DNA of 64,000 nucleotides from IMG/VR virus record IMGVR_UViG_3300025765_000001; one strand, given 5' to 3'. The number at the start of each line of letters is the position of its first letter. Position 1 is the stretch's first letter. Shown here piece after piece: positions 57,873-64,000 of the stretch. The position numbers and the translations under genes are program-made. Under the pieces are notes generated by a model, which had not been told where the DNA came from, did no database searches, and saw nothing but the letters and a program-made list of their open reading frames with translations. This stretch comes from a virus. Lineage: Duplodnaviria > Heunggongvirae > Uroviricota > Caudoviricetes.

Positions 57873-59105
57873 ATGGCGAAAAGAAAAACAACCGACGACG
57901 CAACTCCCGTCAAGGGAGTCACAATCGACACAAGCCTGCTCGCAGGCATCCTCAATGAAACTGGAGGACAGACTTTCGAGTTGGCTGGACGAGCTAGCTA
58001 TTTTGTAGACACAGGCTCGCTCAGCCTGAATTACATCTGTAGCGGCAGGTTCATTACTGGCGGCTTGCCGGGCGGTAAGATTATTGAGGTCTACGGCCCA
58101 CCGGCTACATCCAAGTCCTTGCTGGGGTATTGTGCCTTGGCTGGGGTACAGCGAATGGGCGGTATCGGGGCCTATCTCGACTGCGAGCGTGCGGGCAACG
58201 CCGAGTTCGCTCAACGAGCCGGACATGTCGATACAAGTACCCTGCTGCTCTACGAACCCATTTCCATCGAGCAGGTGGAAGCCAAAATCATCAACGTCAC
58301 CAGAGCCATTCGCAAGAAGTATGGCCCGGATGTTCCTATCTTTTGGGTATGGGATTCCATTGGCGTTACTCCTTGCCAGCGTGAATGGGAAGAAGTTGGG
58401 CTGCCTGAGAATCCTACCAAGGAGCAACTCAAGGCGGTTGGTGTTGAGCGTCCTGGTGAGCGGGCACGAGCCTGTGGTGATGCACTACGGAAACTCAATC
58501 CGTTCATCTCAGAACAGAACGCTACGCTCTACATCATCAACCAAACTCGTCAGGCTATCGGTGCTTTCTGGGAAGAAGTGACTGCTGGCGGCGGTAAGGC
58601 CCTGCCTTTCTATACCTCATGCCGACTACGCACGTCCGCTCAGAAGGAGATCAAGGATGCGAAGAGGGACATTCCTCTTGGCGTCAACTTGACCTTCCGC
58701 AACAAGAAAAATCGTAGCTTTACGCCCGGCTTGTATACAAAAGGCGTGCAGTTATACTTCGCCAACGGTATAAATCCAGTGGGCGGGCTACTGTCTTGCC
58801 TCATTGCCGCTGGTCGAGTTGACCCGACTGGCAAGGCTGGGTACTACACGGTTCTTGATCCGTGGGCCGGGGGCAAAGAGATCAAATTCCGAGCCTCAAA
58901 GGAACGCAATGATGTTCCGATTGATGTTCTACTCGATTGCCCATCAGTGATTGATGCCGACTCCAAAGAGCAAGTAGAAAGCTACTTCAAAATCTTCGGA
59001 GACGCCATCAAGTTGACGGACGACGAGAATGTGAAAGAAATCGACAAGGCAGACGGCGAGGTTGACGATGGCCGTAACCTTGTTGGTGACGAGAATAGCT
59101 ACTAG
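57873..59105 (+). CDS. uvsX: RecA/UvsX recombinase
   Basis: GGLPGGKIIEVYGPPATSKS, DCERA, WDSI, INQ, GGKALPFY, KNR. Confidence 0.92.
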   Translation: MAKRKTTDDATPVKGVTIDTSLLAGILNETGGQTFELAGRASYFVDTGSLSLNYICSGRFITGGLPGGKIIEVYGPPATSKSLLGYCALAGVQRMGGIGAYLDCERAGNAEFAQRAGHVDTSTLLLYEPISIEQVEAKIINVTRAIRKKYGPDVPIFWVWDSIGVTPCQREWEEVGLPENPTKEQLKAVGVERPGERARACGDALRKLNPFISEQNATLYIINQTRQAIGAFWEEVTAGGGKALPFYTSCRLRTSAQKEIKDAKRDIPLGVNLTFRNKKNRSFTPGLYTKGVQLYFANGINPVGGLLSCLIAAGRVDPTGKAGYYTVLDPWAGGKEIKFRASKERNDVPIDVLLDCPSVIDADSKEQVESYFKIFGDAIKLTDDENVKEIDKADGEVDDGRNLVGDENSY

Positions 59106-59116
59106 GCAGTGAGAGG

Positions 59117-59148
59117 AACGCCCAGCCCCGAAGGGGCTGGGCGTTTTT
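59117..59148 (+). terminator. intrinsic terminator
   Basis: ACGCCCAGCCCC/GGGGCTGGGCGT plus T tract. Confidence 0.88.
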
Positions 59149-59455
59149 GTTTATGTTGTTAGTTGATGCTCAAATATGATTCAGTCGGATTTACGGCTTT
59201 GGTCTTCATGCCAAGCAAGATGGCACCTTCATCCTTTGTGGTGATGATGCTCGTTTCATGAACCATAGTCATAAACCGAATTTAGTGTGCTATACCAACG
59301 ACTGCTACGCCATACGTGACATACGTGTGGGCGAGGAGATCACATGCGATTACGCTGAATTCGATTACAAAGACCACTCCTTCGTGTGTAAATCGAACTA
59401 CCAAATCTGAAGCGGTGATTCTAATATAATTGGAGGTCACAAGAGAGGTAATACA

Positions 59456-60325
59456 ATGAAGTTTCTAGTCACAGGAGGAGCCGGATTCATAGGTAGTAAC
59501 TTGGTGGACTTGCTTGTGGAAGAAGGTCATGAAGTCCATGTCTGGGATAGTTTCACTACTGGCGTGCCTGATAAGCTATCCAAAAAGGCCACTTGGTCTG
59601 TGGTAGATGTCGGGGCGTTCAACCCCAGGGATCATGCATCACAGTGTAGCAACTATGAAGTCATTTTTCATTTAGCAGCCGAAGCTAGGATTCAGCCGAG
59701 TTTCCAGTTCCCTCACAAGTCTCACAATTCCAATACCAATGGGACAGCTAACGTATTAGAGTTTGCCAGAATCACTGGTAGTAAGGTGGTTTATGCTGGG
59801 TCGAGTTCTTTCTACGGCGGCGTATACAAGAACCCGTACACCTTCACGAAATGGCTGGGCGAAGAGTATTGCAAGATGTATCACAATGTCTTCAATGTTC
59901 AGACGGCGATAGCCCGTTTCTTCAACGTCTATGGGCCTCGCCATGTCAGTGATGGACCGTATGCGACGGTGCTTGCCATATTTGAGAGGCAGAAAAAGGA
60001 AGGTCTGCCGTTGACTGTGACCGGCGATGGCGAGCAACGGCGTGATTTTACCCACGTCAATGACATAGTTATTGGATTACGGGCGATCTCCGCTTTTCAT
60101 TCGTTGGAGGCCCAGGTGTTTAATTTTGGGTCTGGCCGAAACCACTCCATCAATGAAGTGGCAAAATTATTTCAGCCGTCCTCAATCGAATACCTCCCGG
60201 CTCGCCCAGGCGAGGCTAGAGACACGCTGGCGGATATCGAAGCTACCTGCAACTTGTTAGGATGGACCCCGCAGCAGCGGTTGGAAGACTACATCGCCGA
60301 GTATGTCTCTGGTTTGAATAGCTGA
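59456..60325 (+). CDS. NAD-dependent sugar epimerase/dehydratase
   Basis: TGGAGFIGS, HLAA, YxxxK, RFFNVYGP, GDGEQRRDF. Confidence 0.93.
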   Translation: MKFLVTGGAGFIGSNLVDLLVEEGHEVHVWDSFTTGVPDKLSKKATWSVVDVGAFNPRDHASQCSNYEVIFHLAAEARIQPSFQFPHKSHNSNTNGTANVLEFARITGSKVVYAGSSSFYGGVYKNPYTFTKWLGEEYCKMYHNVFNVQTAIARFFNVYGPRHVSDGPYATVLAIFERQKKEGLPLTVTGDGEQRRDFTHVNDIVIGLRAISAFHSLEAQVFNFGSGRNHSINEVAKLFQPSSIEYLPARPGEARDTLADIEATCNLLGWTPQQRLEDYIAEYVSGLNS

Positions 60326-60789
60326 TACTTGCCCCCACCGATTTTGTGGATGATGTGTCCAGATGTCTCTAGTTCACGTCTGCTTTCGGACAAGTGGTTG
60401 CAGAAACAGGCTAGGGTTAGGTTTTCCTTATCAAACTTTCTTCGGACTTGTTTTAGTGAGACCGTGTTTCCTTTGAGGAACTCGCTTGTGATGTAGCGTC
60501 TGATTCGGCTTGCATTCCTGAGAATGTCTTTGCGTTTGTGGGTTGGCGACTCTATTTTCTTTTCTACGAGTTCAAAGGACGATTTGGCTTTGTACTCTTT
60601 GTTGCAGATAGCTGGAACCAAGTCCACTAGATCGAGAACCTCTCCTTCTTTTATTTTGACTATAGAAATCTCGGCACCGAAAGTCTTGGAGAACTCGATC
60701 AGTTGTTGTAGATTCTTTTCGTGGGTAAAGAACTTTCGGCTGTCTCTAGTTTGAATCATCAGGCACTTACGATTCTTTTTCTGCGACAT
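60289..60789 (-). CDS. hypothetical protein (possible C-terminal winged helix)
   Basis: 166-aa ORF. Confidence 0.65.
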   Translation of the reverse strand: MSQKKNRKCLMIQTRDSRKFFTHEKNLQQLIEFSKTFGAEISIVKIKEGEVLDLVDLVPAICNKEYKAKSSFELVEKKIESPTHKRKDILRNASRIRRYITSEFLKGNTVSLKQVRRKFDKENLTLACFCNHLSESRRELETSGHIIHKIGGGKYQLFKPETYSAM

Positions 60790-60857
60790 ATTAGCCCTCT
60801 TGATGTAAATACTATTCTAGTATATGATTGCAGGGATATGCGGTGCAAGGGGTAAAC

Positions 60858-61901
60858 ATGGAATCTGAGAAAATTGTCCGACTTTCTACTAGTCGGAGGT
60901 TCGGTGTAGAAATTGAGGTCAACTCGTTTGACAGCCGCAATTTCAAGTTATTTCCTTTGGACAAGATCAACAAAGAATTACCCAAAGGCATTGATGAGGT
61001 AGCCGAACTAGTAGCTCGCTCAGCGAATGAGCCAGTATCCATTAAGACATGGCATTCTACACACAACAACACAGGATGGATCGTTAAGCCAGATTCAAGT
61101 TGCGGTATGGAAATATGTTCCCCGCCCAAGAGGGGTTGGATTGGGATACGCTCAATCTGTCAGGTAATCGACGCTGTAGCTCGTGATCGACGCATCCCGG
61201 TAGACGAGACTTGTTCCCTACACCTTCACATTGATATGGCCGACTGCGATTTCGAGCAGATAGCGGCTGCCATCGTTTGGTGGATCAAATGTGAGCGGGT
61301 ATTCCTTTCGGCTGTTCCATTCCAGAGGAAGAGGAATAAGTATTGCCAATTCATTGGGCTGTGCGATCTTTTCTCACACGATTCTACCCTGGACCCTGAG
61401 ATCATAATCAAACGCATAGGTGCATCAAAGTATTATACGATCAACACATTCCATTTAATCCGGGGCGATAGAAAAACTCTGGAGTTTCGCATCATTGGCA
61501 GGGACGGGTGCCTCAATCCGTTCTTGACCAAAAACTGGATCAAACTAGTTCTGCATTTTATAGATTGCAGTCTACAACGTGGTATGCCTATTAACTGTCA
61601 ACGTGGCAATAAATGGTCATCGTTCCTGTGGTTGGAGCCGGAAGATGTCTTCAACTTTCTACATTTTGATGGTACTCTTTCTAATGGTATGCGACAAACC
61701 AGGGATTGGTTTTTAGCCTCGATCATACATAATTCCAGAGAGGGCGAGCTTCCTGGTATATGGAGTTCGCCGATAACGAGTTACTCCAAGGAACAGGCCG
61801 AGCGATTGGGACGCAAGTATGGTTTAGATACAATGAATCTACTTCAGTATCTACTGCCGGGGTCGCCTGAGCTTGTTTATTCTGGAGATTATAAAGACTG
61901 A
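60858..61901 (+). CDS. putative amidoligase
   Basis: RRFGVEIE, W..KPDSS, EICSP, CSLHLHI, TLEFR. Confidence 0.8.
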   Translation: MESEKIVRLSTSRRFGVEIEVNSFDSRNFKLFPLDKINKELPKGIDEVAELVARSANEPVSIKTWHSTHNNTGWIVKPDSSCGMEICSPPKRGWIGIRSICQVIDAVARDRRIPVDETCSLHLHIDMADCDFEQIAAAIVWWIKCERVFLSAVPFQRKRNKYCQFIGLCDLFSHDSTLDPEIIIKRIGASKYYTINTFHLIRGDRKTLEFRIIGRDGCLNPFLTKNWIKLVLHFIDCSLQRGMPINCQRGNKWSSFLWLEPEDVFNFLHFDGTLSNGMRQTRDWFLASIIHNSREGELPGIWSSPITSYSKEQAERLGRKYGLDTMNLLQYLLPGSPELVYSGDYKD

Positions 61902-61925
61902 CTCGTATATATTGAGGAGAAAGGC

Positions 61926-62384
61926 ATGTACGGCAGGAAACTTGACGAACAGATTGAAAAGATTAAGGAGATGGGCGATAGCCTCATCCCTTACAACTTC
62001 CCTCTAGGAAACGTAAAGAACGAGGACGAATTGCTTCCATTGAAAACCAGCGAATTGTTAGTTGATGGCTACAATGTCATCGTACATTTCAGCAAAGCTG
62101 ACTATGAGAAGCACTATCTCATCACGGTGCAGATACATGGCAAGTACGAACCCTTCTTGCCATTCAATCTAGTGACGAAACTCGCCAAACGCTTCTTGGG
62201 AGAGGAGAATCTGTACTTGGTCGAACTATTGAAGGACAACAGGAAAATCTACTGTTGGACACTAACAACGACCAAGGATGGAGAAGCTGTGCCTAATTCG
62301 TTACAAGAGCCGGTAGCCGAGCCACTAGAATATGAGGGTCTCAGGTATGGATACCTTCTGCCGCAGGACGTTAATTTCTTCTAG
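61926..62384 (+). CDS. hypothetical protein
   Basis: RBS GAGGAG. Confidence 0.7.
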   Translation: MYGRKLDEQIEKIKEMGDSLIPYNFPLGNVKNEDELLPLKTSELLVDGYNVIVHFSKADYEKHYLITVQIHGKYEPFLPFNLVTKLAKRFLGEENLYLVELLKDNRKIYCWTLTTTKDGEAVPNSLQEPVAEPLEYEGLRYGYLLPQDVNFF

Positions 62385-62838
62385 TCTGGTCCTGTTGATA
62401 TTCGTGATCGGCGGCTGCTGTCTTCGATCACCGACTCCAATTCGCATTATGCTGCCGGAAGAGCAGCGTATCGTAGACGCTACTAATGCCGCTAGAGCTA
62501 AACATGGCCTCCCGCCGCTGGAAGTAGACATCAAGCTATGTACAGCCGCAGGTGAACATGCCAGGAATATGGCTAGCCGCAAGCGTCTGTCTCACGAGTT
62601 ACCCATCCCAGGTGCCCGCACCATGATAGAGCGTGTCGGGGCCGTTCAATACCAATGGTCTGCTTTGGGTGAAAACATAGCGTGGAACTACCCATTCGAG
62701 GAGGTAGTTTCAAGTTGGATGTCCTCGCCCGGTTATAGAGAAACATCTTGGGAAAGTATACTCAAATTGGAGTGGCGTTCGCCGTGGCTGATGACGGAAT
62801 CTACTACTATTGTCAGGTTTTCGCCACGCCTAGATGAG
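62380..62838 (+). pseudogene. CAP/SCP domain protein, frameshifted
   Basis: NAARAKHGLPPL, HARNM, SH, GENIA, WMSSPGY, then frameshift; no clear start. Confidence 0.7.
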
Positions 62839-62947
62839 TTATTATTTTCTCATCTGGATGATTCCTTCTTTAATACAGGTATATAGTTCGTCTCGTTTTT
62901 GACGAGCTATTCAATACCGATAAGCCTATGAATGGAGAGGTATACCA

Positions 62948-63250
62948 ATGACCAAAACAGACAAAATTCAGTCCATGCTTATTACCACTCTGCTTGAAGA
63001 GGGTCAGGTTCAATTGATTCTGCCGAGCGGCATGGTACTAGAAATTGGTATCACGCAGGAAGATAAAAATGGACAACTAGTAAAGACCGAAGACTATTGT
63101 TGGGTTATCGCCTCTCAATCCGGTAGGGACGTATCCATCGATTCCTATAATCTGGGCTTGAGATTTTGTGACGACGGTAGTAAAATCTTGTTCGAGGATT
63201 GTGTAGTAAACAAGGAGGGCAGACCGACCCGTTCGGTCGCAGTTGCTTAA
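62948..63250 (+). CDS. hypothetical protein
   Basis: RBS GGAGAGG. Confidence 0.65.
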   Translation: MTKTDKIQSMLITTLLEEGQVQLILPSGMVLEIGITQEDKNGQLVKTEDYCWVIASQSGRDVSIDSYNLGLRFCDDGSKILFEDCVVNKEGRPTRSVAVA

Positions 63251-63558
63251 ACGATCTCTAGCGGTTGGAATTGCCCATGCCAATTTATCAGGGCTTCTAT
63301 AGTTCCTGTGGTGTGGGCAACTCCGTGCATAACCTCGAACTCTATCCAAACGAGAAAACCCTTCTCGACAAGCTTGAATCTACTAAAACTGATCTTGCGG
63401 GCTTGACAAGTAGGCTCTATCTGTAGATACTGTATCGAGCAATCACGGACAAAGGACATCAACGCACGACGGTCGATGAACTTGGTCCAGTTCGCAACGA
63501 GGAGTTTTTCAAGGTCCGCACAGTTTAGTTCCATGTAATTTGTGCTGTCTGGCAGCAC
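63247..63558 (-). CDS. hypothetical protein
   Basis: Convergent ORF. Confidence 0.55.
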   Translation of the reverse strand: MLPDSTNYMELNCADLEKLLVANWTKFIDRRALMSFVRDCSIQYLQIEPTCQARKISFSRFKLVEKGFLVWIEFEVMHGVAHTTGTIEALINWHGQFQPLEIV

Positions 63559-63582
63559 TGTCTCTAGAGGTAAGGGTGTCCA

Positions 63583-63957
63583 ATGAAAAAGACAGACGCC
63601 GTACTAAAAGAGTATGTCAGAGGTCTTTCTGATGAAGACCTTCGCTTCTTGAATAGCCGGTTCCAGCAGTTGCTCTGCGGAGATCGTGCTGAGATCGCTG
63701 ACATACTTTTCAAGGACAAGGATGTAGATCGTTGGCTGGCTTCTGCTACCTCAGCAGAGGATTGGTTTGATATGCTCGATGTTGTTGGGCAGAACGTCGT
63801 CCGTGAGGCCAAACGGCGACATGCTATCCTGAAGGAACAGAGGGAACAGAGGGAACAGAGGGAACAGAGGGAACAGAACCAGGGAAAACGGGACAAGCCT
63901 TTCCAAAGGAAGGAGCGGCTCCCGCAGCCCGCACCCGCAAATGTGGAGGCTTCTTAA
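63583..63957 (+). CDS. hypothetical protein with EQR repeats
   Basis: ORF followed by a terminator. Confidence 0.7.
   Translation: MKKTDAVLKEYVRGLSDEDLRFLNSRFQQLLCGDRAEIADILFKDKDVDRWLASATSAEDWFDMLDVVGQNVVREAKRRHAILKEQREQREQREQREQNQGKRDKPFQRKERLPQPAPANVEAS
63835..63877 (+). repeat. 9-bp tandem repeat GAACAGAGG x ~4.8
   Basis: Seen directly; encodes (EQR)n. Confidence 0.9.
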
Positions 63958-63963
63958 CTACAC

Positions 63964-63993
63964 AAAAGCAGGCGGCGAGAGCCGCCTGCTTTT
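63964..63993 (+). terminator. intrinsic terminator
   Basis: GCAGGCGGC-GAGA-GCCGCCTGC plus TTTT. Confidence 0.85.
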
Positions 63994-64000
63994 GTGTTTA

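Noticed and set aside
63835-63877. CRISPR array
   Set aside because: Spacer-less 9-bp coding tandem repeat; no repeat-spacer array or cas genes seen in the window

Overview
Segment of a large T4-like (jumbo/huge) phage genome, probably infecting a Planctomycetota/PVC host. The host inference rests on the EF-Tu effector loop [18 protein letters not shown] and a Chlamydia-type class Ic RNR. T4-type core genes present: gp46/gp47, UvsW, UvsX, UvsY, gp32, gp41-like helicase and a gp23-fold paralog. Also present: a family A polymerase domain, nucleotide genes (nrdAB, purE, pyrB, dCMP deaminase), an acyl carrier protein, a glycan-modification cluster, four decayed tnpB elements and many pseudogenes. 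The standout is a translation-support locus at ~11.9-18.3 kb. A sigma70-like promoter drives a 26-aa leader peptide whose codons 4-17 are exclusively Leu/Ser/Tyr/Phe. The leader sits in a trp/his-style 1:2 / 2:3 / 3:4 attenuator directly upstream of a tRNA array holding only Ser, Leu, Tyr and Phe tRNAs, which cover every control codon in the leader. The locus also carries EF-Tu, a stand-alone TyrRS-like S4 domain, an rrn-type boxA, large structured non-coding RNAs and a small RNA resembling the 23S rRNA GTPase-associated centre (H42-H44). I infer a tRNA-depletion-sensing tRNA rescue operon. All calls are by eye, without database searches.
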